Of a stretch of 64,000 bases of DNA, positions 48,201 to 56,403 are shown in pieces. Under the pieces are notes generated by a model. The model searched no databases. It saw nothing but the letters and a program-made list of their open reading frames with translations, and was not told the DNA's origin. Both the position numbers and the translations under genes were made by a program. Each line of letters begins with the position of its first letter. The stretch's first letter is position 1. The DNA comes from an uncultured bacterium. GTDB lineage: Bacteria > Bacteroidota > Bacteroidia > Sphingobacteriales > Sphingobacteriaceae. Where the stretch lies: contig CAIKLP010000082.1 in NCBI GenBank assembly GCA_903828245.1, positions 11,636 through 75,635 of the forward strand, read 5' to 3'.

Positions 48201-49038
48201 AACTTTAACAGCTTTCTACAAAGAGTTAAAAGATAACTTCCAACAATTACAAATTGCAACGGCTTATCCAGCTTCTTATATTACTTTTAAAAACCAAGAT
48301 TTTGGAACCATTAAAGGTTTTACTTTGCAGTATGATTTAAGAAGAACTAATAACTTATCTGCAAACATTGCCTATACTTTACAATTTGCAAACGGTACTG
48401 GTTCTAATGCATCATCTGCTGGAAATTTAATTTCGAGTGGAGAGTCTGAGCCAATCAGAATTCCATTGCCTTTAGATTACGATCAAAGACATACTATTGT
48501 GGCTTCACTTGATTACCGTTATGGTATGGGTACAGATTACAATGGACCTGCTGCTTTGAAAGGTTTATTAGAAGGCTTCGGTTCTAACTTTATTATTAGA
48601 GCGGGTTCTGGAACACCTTATTCAAGAATTTCACAAGACATTGTACAAAACATTCTTTCTGCAGACGATACCCGTTTCAGAAGGTTAATAGGAGAGATCA
48701 ATGGTTCTCGTTTACCTTGGCAAATCAATATGGATTTAAGAATGGATAAAGATTTCCAATTAACTGCAAAAGCAGCCGATGGAAAAGGAAGAAGTTCATC
48801 ATTAAATTTATATGTATTGGTTCAAAATGTATTGAACGCAAAACGAATTGCAAGTTTATATCCAGCTACAGGTTTACCTGATGATGATGGTTATTTAACT
48901 TCACCGCAAGCGGTTCAACCATTAACTGAATTCCAAGATCCACAAGCCTACATGGACATGTATCATATTGCAGTGAATAATCCTGATAACTTTAAATTAC
49001 CAAGAGTAATTAGAATTGGTGCAATCTATAACTTCTAA
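45298..49038 (+). CDS. Oversized TonB-dependent-receptor-like outer-membrane barrel with carboxypeptidase-regulatory-like N-domain
   Basis: Signal peptide (AFAQ), then GKVVDSKTKEGVPFAGVIV...FDGNYVI...GKYDV (CarboxypepD_reg-like). TonB-box-like QTVTVTD sits at 45643-45663. A plug-like segment follows (NSLVSTTAGV...VKGSR...YYIDGVKV...ISVITGGVPAQYGDATGGIITITTK), then a long beta-rich region ending GAIYNF. Confidence 0.85.
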   Translation: MMRKFYAFLVLLTITIGQAAFAQSGAGELRGKVVDSKTKEGVPFAGVIVELNGTQVAAQQTDFDGNYVIKPISPGKYDVRVEIIGYSKRIINGVIINSNRQTYVNPDIAASVTNIQTVTVTDYAKPLIERDNNIAGGTLTAEEIIKLPTRNINSLVSTTAGVYQADEGDGLVVKGSRDDANDYYIDGVKVRGIAGVPQGAIEQISVITGGVPAQYGDATGGIITITTKGPSRKLNGGVEAATSEFLDGYGYNLVSGNVSGPLLVHNRGQEGERPTLGFFISGELESKRDQNPSYVGAWKANDSWLKNVRENPAIFNFTPGSANPIVAVPNGNYTQNGQLDKSKAQDGNEIRNINFNASLDFQPSLNNTFKFGFSGTSRYQKVYNRSNMLFNSDNNQEFTRNTYRVYGRYTQKFSSNGEDESKNLLKNAYYTIQADFSRDKSVQQDPNHKDNLFNYGHIGKYETLRENRYGAIVPTDTILTSNGDTVRFQSVGTGTNAGTRDTSFLFNAGSANPYLANYVSSLYSFINTEFGEGNINSITTFQGLGGIVNGNSAPSIYGGLFAQPGAVANLYEENLRDQYRISAMASADIKNHSIQVGLEYEQRIESRFRINPRSLWTTMRQQSNGYLTLDKSAMTVDTNGYSIINLNAAGVSVSGDTVTWSRANDYTNASDFAKAARIKLGLNAGDYLDVDAYDPSTFSLGMIGAETLLDNLNPAGVSYTYSGYSFDGKRSTENITLNDFFDDQNPDKQWRVGAFRPVYIAGYIQDKFTYKDIIFSLGVRIDRFDANQQVLKDRYSLFDTRKAGEIANRPTNISEDAVVYVNDKQFGGVRGYRMGDVFYDAAGNVVQDVTAIKSSQDGKITPWLTSESFDENGNTKVGNSSFKDYAPQTQIMPRIAFSFPISDEANFFANYDILTQRPRSNVFSNPINYYLYSLSKQSVTLVSPDIAPEKTINYQLGFKQKIGNTSALTLTAFYKELKDNFQQLQIATAYPASYITFKNQDFGTIKGFTLQYDLRRTNNLSANIAYTLQFANGTGSNASSAGNLISSGESEPIRIPLPLDYDQRHTIVASLDYRYGMGTDYNGPAALKGLLEGFGSNFIIRAGSGTPYSRISQDIVQNILSADDTRFRRLIGEINGSRLPWQINMDLRMDKDFQLTAKAADGKGRSSSLNLYVLVQNVLNAKRIASLYPATGLPDDDGYLTSPQAVQPLTEFQDPQAYMDMYHIAVNNPDNFKLPRVIRIGAIYNF

Positions 49039-49043
49039 GAGAA

Positions 49044-52000
49044 ATGAAAATGAAAAATATATCATATAAACTATCTGCTTTTGTTGGTGCAAGTCTATTA
49101 ACGCTTGCATTAGGAGTAGGACAAGTAAAGGCCGATGTATACAAAGGCCCAGGAGCGGGGACACCAACTTATCCTCGCACACAAATGAGGGCTGCAAATA
49201 TTTGCGACCCAGCATCCTCACAAATTGATTTAGATGTTAACAATGTGCGTTGTAGATTGTTAAACGGAGGAGATATGTGGTGGGATATTTTTGCAACTAA
49301 AAATGCAAGATACGAAGTACCAAAAGTAGATCCAGGAGGAAGAAGTATTCATGCTTCTTTTGCATCTGGTTTATGGTTTGGTGGTGTTGATGGTGGTGAA
49401 CAATTAAAAACCGCTGGTCAAACCTATCGTCAAACAGGTTTAGACTTTTGGCCAGGACCATTAGATACCTTAACAGCTACCATTACTAAAGATGATTGTA
49501 AAGCATGGGATAAACAATACAGTGTGTTGCGTCCAGAAATTACAGAATATGTATCAAGCGGAGTTGTTTCAGAAAACATTGCTAAATGGCCAGGTAACGG
49601 GGATGCAAGTAAAGGACAAGCGCAATTTATGGCGCCATTCTTTGATGCAGACGGCGATGGTATTTACAATACAGCTAGTGGCGACTATCCAACTTTAGAT
49701 CCTAATGAATTAGGTGCAAAGCCAGACCAAATGATTTGGTGGGTATACAACGATAAAGGTGGTGTGCATACTGCTTATCCGGGTGGTGAGCCCATTGGAT
49801 TAGAAGTACACGCTTTAGCTTTTGCATTCAAAACTTCGAACGAATTAAATAACATGACTTTCTATAAGTATTCTATTTACAACCGTTCAAGCACTCCATT
49901 ATTTAGAACCTACTTTGGTGTATTTACCGATTCGGATTTAGGTGGTGCAGACGACGACTTTGTAGGTTGTAACATGGCATTAGTAGATAGCGACGGACCT
50001 TCGGGCCCACTTCCTCCAAAAAGAAGAAGTTTTGGTTACACATATAATGCAGACAATGACGACGCCGATGGAGCTTCTCCAGGATATGGTGCAACGCCTC
50101 CAGCTTTTGGTATCGATTATTTCCGTGGTCCTAAAGATGAAAATGGAAATGAATTACCGATGTCTACTTTTATGTTCTTTACCAACCAAGGTCAAGCAGG
50201 TATCAACTCAGATCCATCAAACGCAGTTCAATTATACCGTTACTTAAGAGGCTATTGGGCAGATGGGCAACCATTAACTTATGGCCAAGCAACGGGTAGA
50301 GGTGGAACGGATACTTGTTTATATGCATTCCCTGGTTCAACAGATCCAGACGGTCGTGCACCATGGGACGAAACCAGTACACCTGGTGATAGACGTATGG
50401 TTCAAGCTTCAGGTCCATTTACTTTACAACCAGGCGCAGTAAACGAAGTAATTATAGGTGCTGTTTATGGCCGTGCAGATAATGGCGACAATAAAGCATC
50501 TATCTCGGCTGCATTAATAGGTGATGACAAAGCACAAGTTTTATTTGACAATGCGTTTAAATTGGCAAATGGTCCAGAGCCGGTAAACATGGTTATTGTT
50601 CCAGGCGACAAGAGAATTAAAATCATGTTAGAGGGAACTACTAAATGTGAAAGGTACAATGCAAGAGAATTAGATAACGAAGATTTGAAATTATACAATT
50701 ACAAATTCCAAGGTTATCGTATCTATCAAGTAAAAGACCAAACTGTTTCGGTTAGTAATTTAAATGATATTTCTAAAGCAATTGAAATTTTACAAGTAGA
50801 TATAAAAGATAAAATTTCAAGAGTAATCAATAAATCTTTTGATGCAAATACACAAAACACGCAAGCGAAAATTGAAATTGAGGGAGAAAACAAAGGAGTG
50901 GCACATTACTTTGATGTAACAACTGATCAATTCGCTACTAGCTACGATGGTAAATTTATCAACGGAAATGATTATTACTTTATTTGTATTCCATATGCAG
51001 TTGCAGATTCTGCAGTGTTCACCAAATATTTACCATCTAGAACAAGTACCAAAGTGGTGAAAGTAATTCCTAACCGCCAAGTTTTAAACGGAAAAATTAA
51101 TGGTATCGCAGACGACGGTTTAGCAGTAACGAGATTTGCTGGTGCAGGTAATGGCGGCGCAGTGTTAGATTTAGATCCAACATCTGAATCGGATATTATT
51201 GCTGGTGTTTTAAAAGGAGGAACAAAACCTAAAGCAAAGTATGCGGTAAGCAAAGGACCAGTAACTATTAATGTTTACAATCCTACCATTTTAGAAAAAG
51301 CAAATTACCGCTTAGAATTTACCGCAGACATGAAGAGTTATGTATTATTAAACGATGATACCAATGACACTTTAATGGTTTCGGATACTACTTATAATAC
51401 CAGTACTACTTTAAATGAAAATGAGCAAGCCGCACAAATTCGTACGTACGAAATAGGCTCGAACGGGCTACCTCGTTTAGTGAATGCAAAACCACTTGGG
51501 TTTTCTATTAAAGTGAACAATACTTTAAGTGCTCCGGGTACAGCTACTGCCATTGAAAACAATAATAACTTCTTAGAAGCCTCTATTGTTTATGCAGATA
51601 AATCTAAAAATTGGCTATCAGGTTACAGCGGATTAGCAAGTAATGCAACACCTGCCGTTGCTGGTTGGATAGAAAATAATGCAACCGTAGACCCGAACGA
51701 AGTGTATAGCAATGTATTAAGTGGTACTTGGGCGCCTTATAAATTACTAAGGAATCCAACTTCAACAGATTTAAAGAAAACAAGTCCTTTATTCGATCAA
51801 GTAACAAAAGGTACGGCTTATAAATTTGATTCAATCGGAAGTTACGATATCGTGTTTACTAGTGATACCACCAAATGGTCAGAATGTATTGTAGTAGAAT
51901 CATCTGTTGGTGGAACCATTGAGCCTTCTAAAAACAATGAAAAGAGAATGAATTTGAGACAGGACAACATTGGTTACGGTATTGGTAAAAGTAAATTCCC

Positions 52001-52781
52001 TGGTTATGCAATTAACTTAGAAAACGGAGAACGCGTAAATATTTTCTTTGCAGAAGCTTCGGCTTTAGCAGACGAAAATGGCGCCGATATGAAATGGAAT
52101 CCAACCTCAAATACTACTTTCTTGAATCGTGGAGGTCGTCACCATGTTTATGTAACGCGTCGTGCGTACGATGGTTGTAATCAATTATGGAATTTGTTAA
52201 GTAAAAATGGTACTGATTTCAATAACCCAACTTATGCAGATCAAAAAACAGCATACTTCATGGTTGATTGGGTTACGGTTCCAGTATTAACATCGGGTAA
52301 GCAATTATTATCAACAGATGTAAAAGTAAGGTTGCGCGTTTCTAAACCATATGCAAAATTCGCAACAGAGGCAACAGGAACAGGTGTGCCAGTTTATAAA
52401 TTCAATACGCAAAACTCTGTTAGATCGGCATTCGATAACGTGGCAGAGGATAATAAAAATGCATTAGCATTAATCAATGTAGTACCAAATCCTTACTATG
52501 CGTATTCTACTTACGAACCAGACAGAAACAGTAACAGAGTTAGGTTTACTAATTTGCCTGCAAAAGCAACAGTAACAGTATATACAACAAATGGCATGTT
52601 GGTTCGCAGAATGACAAAATCTGATGCGGCTACCACTAGTATTGAATGGGATTTAAGAAATTCAAATAGAATTCCAATTGCAACCGGAGTATATATCATT
52701 CACATTGATTGCCCTTTAATTGGCGAGAAAACGCTGAAATGGTTAGGTGTAATGAGACCTGTTGATTTTACAAACTTTTAA
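49044..52781 (+). CDS. Large secreted protein of unknown function with divergent T9SS type-A CTD-like C-terminus
   Basis: 1245 aa with a signal peptide (LALGVGQVKA/D) and a DADGDGIY Ca-binding-like motif. The last ~100 aa (52470-52778) read VPNPYYAYS...ATVTVYTTNGMLVRRM...IEWDLRN...ATGVYIIHI, which parallels the PorU CTD in this window. It starts 5 nt after the upstream stop. Confidence 0.8.
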   Translation: MKMKNISYKLSAFVGASLLTLALGVGQVKADVYKGPGAGTPTYPRTQMRAANICDPASSQIDLDVNNVRCRLLNGGDMWWDIFATKNARYEVPKVDPGGRSIHASFASGLWFGGVDGGEQLKTAGQTYRQTGLDFWPGPLDTLTATITKDDCKAWDKQYSVLRPEITEYVSSGVVSENIAKWPGNGDASKGQAQFMAPFFDADGDGIYNTASGDYPTLDPNELGAKPDQMIWWVYNDKGGVHTAYPGGEPIGLEVHALAFAFKTSNELNNMTFYKYSIYNRSSTPLFRTYFGVFTDSDLGGADDDFVGCNMALVDSDGPSGPLPPKRRSFGYTYNADNDDADGASPGYGATPPAFGIDYFRGPKDENGNELPMSTFMFFTNQGQAGINSDPSNAVQLYRYLRGYWADGQPLTYGQATGRGGTDTCLYAFPGSTDPDGRAPWDETSTPGDRRMVQASGPFTLQPGAVNEVIIGAVYGRADNGDNKASISAALIGDDKAQVLFDNAFKLANGPEPVNMVIVPGDKRIKIMLEGTTKCERYNARELDNEDLKLYNYKFQGYRIYQVKDQTVSVSNLNDISKAIEILQVDIKDKISRVINKSFDANTQNTQAKIEIEGENKGVAHYFDVTTDQFATSYDGKFINGNDYYFICIPYAVADSAVFTKYLPSRTSTKVVKVIPNRQVLNGKINGIADDGLAVTRFAGAGNGGAVLDLDPTSESDIIAGVLKGGTKPKAKYAVSKGPVTINVYNPTILEKANYRLEFTADMKSYVLLNDDTNDTLMVSDTTYNTSTTLNENEQAAQIRTYEIGSNGLPRLVNAKPLGFSIKVNNTLSAPGTATAIENNNNFLEASIVYADKSKNWLSGYSGLASNATPAVAGWIENNATVDPNEVYSNVLSGTWAPYKLLRNPTSTDLKKTSPLFDQVTKGTAYKFDSIGSYDIVFTSDTTKWSECIVVESSVGGTIEPSKNNEKRMNLRQDNIGYGIGKSKFPGYAINLENGERVNIFFAEASALADENGADMKWNPTSNTTFLNRGGRHHVYVTRRAYDGCNQLWNLLSKNGTDFNNPTYADQKTAYFMVDWVTVPVLTSGKQLLSTDVKVRLRVSKPYAKFATEATGTGVPVYKFNTQNSVRSAFDNVAEDNKNALALINVVPNPYYAYSTYEPDRNSNRVRFTNLPAKATVTVYTTNGMLVRRMTKSDAATTSIEWDLRNSNRIPIATGVYIIHIDCPLIGEKTLKWLGVMRPVDFTNF

Positions 52782-52806
52782 TTGTTGAACGAATTAAAAA
52801 TCAGAT

Positions 52807-53853
52807 ATGAAAAATATTTTTAAAATAGTAAGTACTACAATATTAGGCGCTTTATTACCTGCAATTTTAATTGCAGGTAATGGCGAGCGCGCAGGTACTG
52901 GTGGCGCAACAGAATTATTGATTAACCCTTGGGCGCGTAGTGCCGGATTTGGTGGTATCAATACGGCAATGGCTAAAGGGGTAGAAGCCATGAATGTCAA
53001 CGTTGGCGGGTTAGCTTATACTAAAAACACCGAAGTAGTTTTCTCAAGAACAACTTGGTTAAAAGGTTCTGATGTAAACATCAGCGCATTTGGATTGAGT
53101 CAAAAAGTAGGAACTTCTGGCGTATTAGGTATCAGTATCATGTCAATGGATTTTGGTGATATCGATGTAACGACCAACGATAGACCAGAAGGAAATATTG
53201 GAAAATTCTCTCCTAAATTAGTGAACTTTGCATTAGCGTATTCGAAAGAATTCTCTAACAGTATTCACGGTGGTATTTTGGTGAGAGGCATTCAGCAATC
53301 AATTGCAGATTTAAATTCGTCAGGATTTTCTTTAGATGCAGGTATTCAATATACGGGTGGCGATAACGACGAATTAAAATTCGGTATTGCATTGCGTAAC
53401 ATTGGTCCAGATATGGTGATGCAAGGTGACGGTTTAATGGCAACATTTACAGATCCTACTTTGCCATTCGCAGTAGAAGGATATCGTAAATCACAAGCTT
53501 ATCAAATTCCTTCTTTATTAAACATGGGTTTATCGTACGATTTATATTTTCAAAAAGACCATCGTATAACGCCAATGTTTAATTTTACATCTAACTCATT
53601 CTCTAACGATTTAATCGGTTTAGGATTAGAGTATAGCTACAAAAATTATTTAATGTTTAGAGGAGCTTACAATAGCGAGAAAAATATTGACATTGCGGCA
53701 ACTTCTCCAAGTGTTTATAATGGCTTAACTTTTGGAAGTACCATTGAATTGCCTTTAAATGATAAAGGCTCAACATTTGCAATTGATTATTCTTATAGAG
53801 TAACACATGTTTATGATGGAACACATGCCATTTCTGCGCGTATAACATTATAA
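52807..53853 (+). CDS. PorV/PorQ-family outer-membrane barrel protein
   Basis: 348 aa with a signal peptide. GGATELLINPWARSAGFGGINTAM parallels the PorV motif FLLIGPDSRAGAMGDGGVAS. Beta-barrel-like alternation with a terminal aromatic-rich strand. Confidence 0.75.
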   Translation: MKNIFKIVSTTILGALLPAILIAGNGERAGTGGATELLINPWARSAGFGGINTAMAKGVEAMNVNVGGLAYTKNTEVVFSRTTWLKGSDVNISAFGLSQKVGTSGVLGISIMSMDFGDIDVTTNDRPEGNIGKFSPKLVNFALAYSKEFSNSIHGGILVRGIQQSIADLNSSGFSLDAGIQYTGGDNDELKFGIALRNIGPDMVMQGDGLMATFTDPTLPFAVEGYRKSQAYQIPSLLNMGLSYDLYFQKDHRITPMFNFTSNSFSNDLIGLGLEYSYKNYLMFRGAYNSEKNIDIAATSPSVYNGLTFGSTIELPLNDKGSTFAIDYSYRVTHVYDGTHAISARITL

Positions 53854-53877
53854 CATTATAATTTAATTTTTTAATAA

Positions 53878-53916
53878 AAGAAGGCCGTATTTATATACGG
53901 TCTTCTTTTATTTTAT
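53878..53916 (+). terminator. Strong intrinsic terminator after the three-gene OM operon
   Basis: 15-bp stem AAAAGAAGGCCGTAT (53878-53892) / loop TTAT / ATACGGTCTTCTTTT (53897-53911) with one G-U pair, followed by ATTTT. Confidence 0.8.
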
Positions 53917-53953
53917 CAGTACCAACAAGATTTTTATTAATACAATTTTTATT

Positions 53954-54427
53954 ATGTCAGAAGTAACTTATTTTACGCAAGAGGGATTAGAGAAATTAAA
54001 AGAAGAAGTAGCGCATTTAAAAGCGGTAGAGCGTATAAATATTTCTAAGCAAATTGCAGAAGCGAGAGACAAAGGTGATTTGTCTGAAAACGCCGAATAT
54101 GATGCCGCTAAAGAAGCGCAAGGCTTGTTAGAGCTCAAAATTTCTAAACTAGAGCAAGTTTTAGGAAGTGCTCGGGTAATTGACGAATCAAAACTAGATG
54201 CGTCTAAAGTATTGGCATTGTCTAAAGTGAAAATAAAAAACACGAAGAATGGCGCCGAAATGACTTATCAATTAGTTGCCGAAAAAGAAGCCGATTTGAA
54301 GTCTGGAAAAATCTCTATTAAATCTCCCATTGCCCAAGGTTTATTAGGCAAATCGGTTGGCGATAAAGTTACCATCACGGTTCCAAGTGGTAATGTTGAT
54401 TTTGAAATTATTGAAATTTCAAGATAA
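53954..54427 (+). CDS. greA: Transcription elongation factor GreA
   Basis: Coiled-coil N-domain with DLSENAEYDAAKE and a C-terminal S1-like domain. Confidence 0.95.
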   Translation: MSEVTYFTQEGLEKLKEEVAHLKAVERINISKQIAEARDKGDLSENAEYDAAKEAQGLLELKISKLEQVLGSARVIDESKLDASKVLALSKVKIKNTKNGAEMTYQLVAEKEADLKSGKISIKSPIAQGLLGKSVGDKVTITVPSGNVDFEIIEISR

Positions 54428-54825
54428 TGTCGAGTATATTTTCTAAAATTATTGCAGGTGAAATTCCTGCTTATAAAGTGGCAGAGAGCGATCAGTTTGT
54501 CGCGTTCTTAGATATTTTACCCTTAGCCAAAGGCCATGTATTGTGTATTCCTAAAAAAGAAATAGATTATATATTTGACATGGAAGAAGCGGATTATTTG
54601 GCATTGATGCACTTTAGTAAAAAAGTGGCTAAAGGCATTAAGCAAGTAATTCCCTGCAAGAAAGTGGGAGTGGCAGTGATTGGATTAGAAGTGCCACATG
54701 CGCATGTGCATTTAATTCCAATGAATACCGTTCAGGATATGAACTTTAGCAATCCAAGGTTAACTTTTACTAAAGAAGAATATCTGCAATTAGTGGAAAC
54801 AATTAGCGCGGCTATTTCGATTTAA
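54427..54825 (+). CDS. HIT-family nucleotide hydrolase
   Basis: Histidine triad HAHVHLIP and the N-terminal IFSKIIAGEIPA. Confidence 0.9.
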   Translation: MSSIFSKIIAGEIPAYKVAESDQFVAFLDILPLAKGHVLCIPKKEIDYIFDMEEADYLALMHFSKKVAKGIKQVIPCKKVGVAVIGLEVPHAHVHLIPMNTVQDMNFSNPRLTFTKEEYLQLVETISAAISI

Positions 54826-55393
54826 TACCAGATTTACTTTCTTGTAATTTGCTAGGGTTGTCTGCTAGAAAAGCTTTCCAACCAGTATGCTTTTTATCGC
54901 CGCTCTTGCCTCCAATATTGTTTTGTAAATAATGACAAACCGCTGCAGCCAATCCGTCTGTAGCGTCTAAAAACGCCGCATCATTTTTAAACTTTAATAA
55001 CTGTTGCAACATAGCCGCCACTTGTTCTTTAGAAGCGTTGCCGTTTCCGGTAATGGATTGTTTTATTTTTTTGGGAGAATATTCTGTAATTGGAATATTT
55101 CGGTAAAGTGCTGCTGCCATAGACACGCCTTGCGCTCTGCCTAACTTTAACATGGACTGCACGTTTTTTCCAAAAAACGGCGCTTCAATGGCGAGCTCAT
55201 CTGGATTGAATGCATCTATAATCGCAAGAATGCCTTCAAAAATAACTTTCAATTTCATGGGGTGATCGTCGCCCTTGCCTGTTTCAATGACGCCATGTTT
55301 GATTAGCGTGATAGCAGATCCGCGCACTTGGATAATTCCATATCCAGTAACAGCAGTACCCGGGTCAACGCCTAAAATTATTTGATCTCTCAA
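54812..55393 (-). CDS. ruvC: Holliday junction resolvase RuvC
   Basis: ILGVDPGTAVTGYGII plus the acidic catalytic residues of the RNase H-like fold. Confidence 0.93.
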   Translation of the reverse strand: MRDQIILGVDPGTAVTGYGIIQVRGSAITLIKHGVIETGKGDDHPMKLKVIFEGILAIIDAFNPDELAIEAPFFGKNVQSMLKLGRAQGVSMAAALYRNIPITEYSPKKIKQSITGNGNASKEQVAAMLQQLLKFKNDAAFLDATDGLAAAVCHYLQNNIGGKSGDKKHTGWKAFLADNPSKLQESKSGIKSK

Positions 55394-55422
55394 TTGCTGA
55401 TAATTTTCGTTATTTTGTATAA

Positions 55423-56403
55423 GTGAAACTATTTCTACAAAGATACAAGAAGCTTTTAGTAAACCTACTGAAAGTTAGCATACTGCTCTTAACAATTGCC
55501 TATGTGGCAATTGAATTAATGCACAGAAATGCCTTGGAAAATATAGGGCAAATTACCGCTCAAATACAATCTGGACAAAAGCTATATCTATTAGTATTGG
55601 TAGTCATATTGATGCCCTTGAATGTTTTTTTAGAATCAAGTAAATGGCAATTTGCCGCTAGCAAATTAGAAAAACTTTCCATAAGGCGTGCCATTGCTTC
55701 GGTTCTTGCAGGCATGAGCATTGGCATATTTACGCCAAATAATATTGGCGATTATGGCGGGCGTATTTTATATTTAAGCGAAGGCAATCGCATTAAGGGA
55801 GTGCTGGTTAATTTTATTTCCTCTATTGGGCAAATGGTGATTACTTTACTTGCAGGCTTTATTGCTTTTTATTTTTATGCGCCGCAATATGTAAACCAAG
55901 ACCCGCTGATCAATTACATATTATTGTATTTCGTTTTATTTTTAATGGTAGTGGTCTTGTATTTATTTTTAAATATAGGACGTATTACCTATTACTTATC
56001 TTCATTGGGCTGGTTCAAAAAGCATGTCGAACTACTTGCTGTTTTTGCTTTATTTAAAAATATCGATTTAATAAAAATTTTAGCTTGGTCCGCCCTGCGT
56101 TACCTTGTTTTTTCTTCGCAATATTTACTGTTATTGCATTTCTTTATTCCAAGCATGGCTATTAGCGAAACGTATATGATGATTACCTTAATATTCTTTA
56201 CGCAGTCTATCTTGCCTGGTTTTGCTATTACAGAGTTGGGGGTGCGTTCTGGCATTGCGGTGTTTTTTCTCGGACATTTAAGCGCAGATACCATAGGCAT
56301 ATTAGCAGCAGCATTTTCTATATGGAGTGTAAATGTTATCTTGCCTTCCTTGGTAGGAACTTATTTTATCATCAAAGCAAAATTTATCGGTGCAAATTCT
56401 TAA
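55423..56403 (+). CDS. Flippase-like polytopic membrane protein (UPF0104 / LPG-synthase-TM-type)
   Basis: 326 aa with ~8 predicted TM helices and the basic N-terminus typical of this family. The GTG start is forced by a stop immediately upstream. No catalytic motif. Confidence 0.65.
   Translation: MKLFLQRYKKLLVNLLKVSILLLTIAYVAIELMHRNALENIGQITAQIQSGQKLYLLVLVVILMPLNVFLESSKWQFAASKLEKLSIRRAIASVLAGMSIGIFTPNNIGDYGGRILYLSEGNRIKGVLVNFISSIGQMVITLLAGFIAFYFYAPQYVNQDPLINYILLYFVLFLMVVVLYLFLNIGRITYYLSSLGWFKKHVELLAVFALFKNIDLIKILAWSALRYLVFSSQYLLLLHFFIPSMAISETYMMITLIFFTQSILPGFAITELGVRSGIAVFFLGHLSADTIGILAAAFSIWSVNVILPSLVGTYFIIKAKFIGANS

Noticed and set aside
49492-51834. Several 60-92-aa ORFs on both strands inside the 1245-aa gene (for example 50975-51253 minus)
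   Set aside because: All lie within one long uninterrupted frame with coherent protein-like sequence. None has a promoter box or conserved-looking motif.
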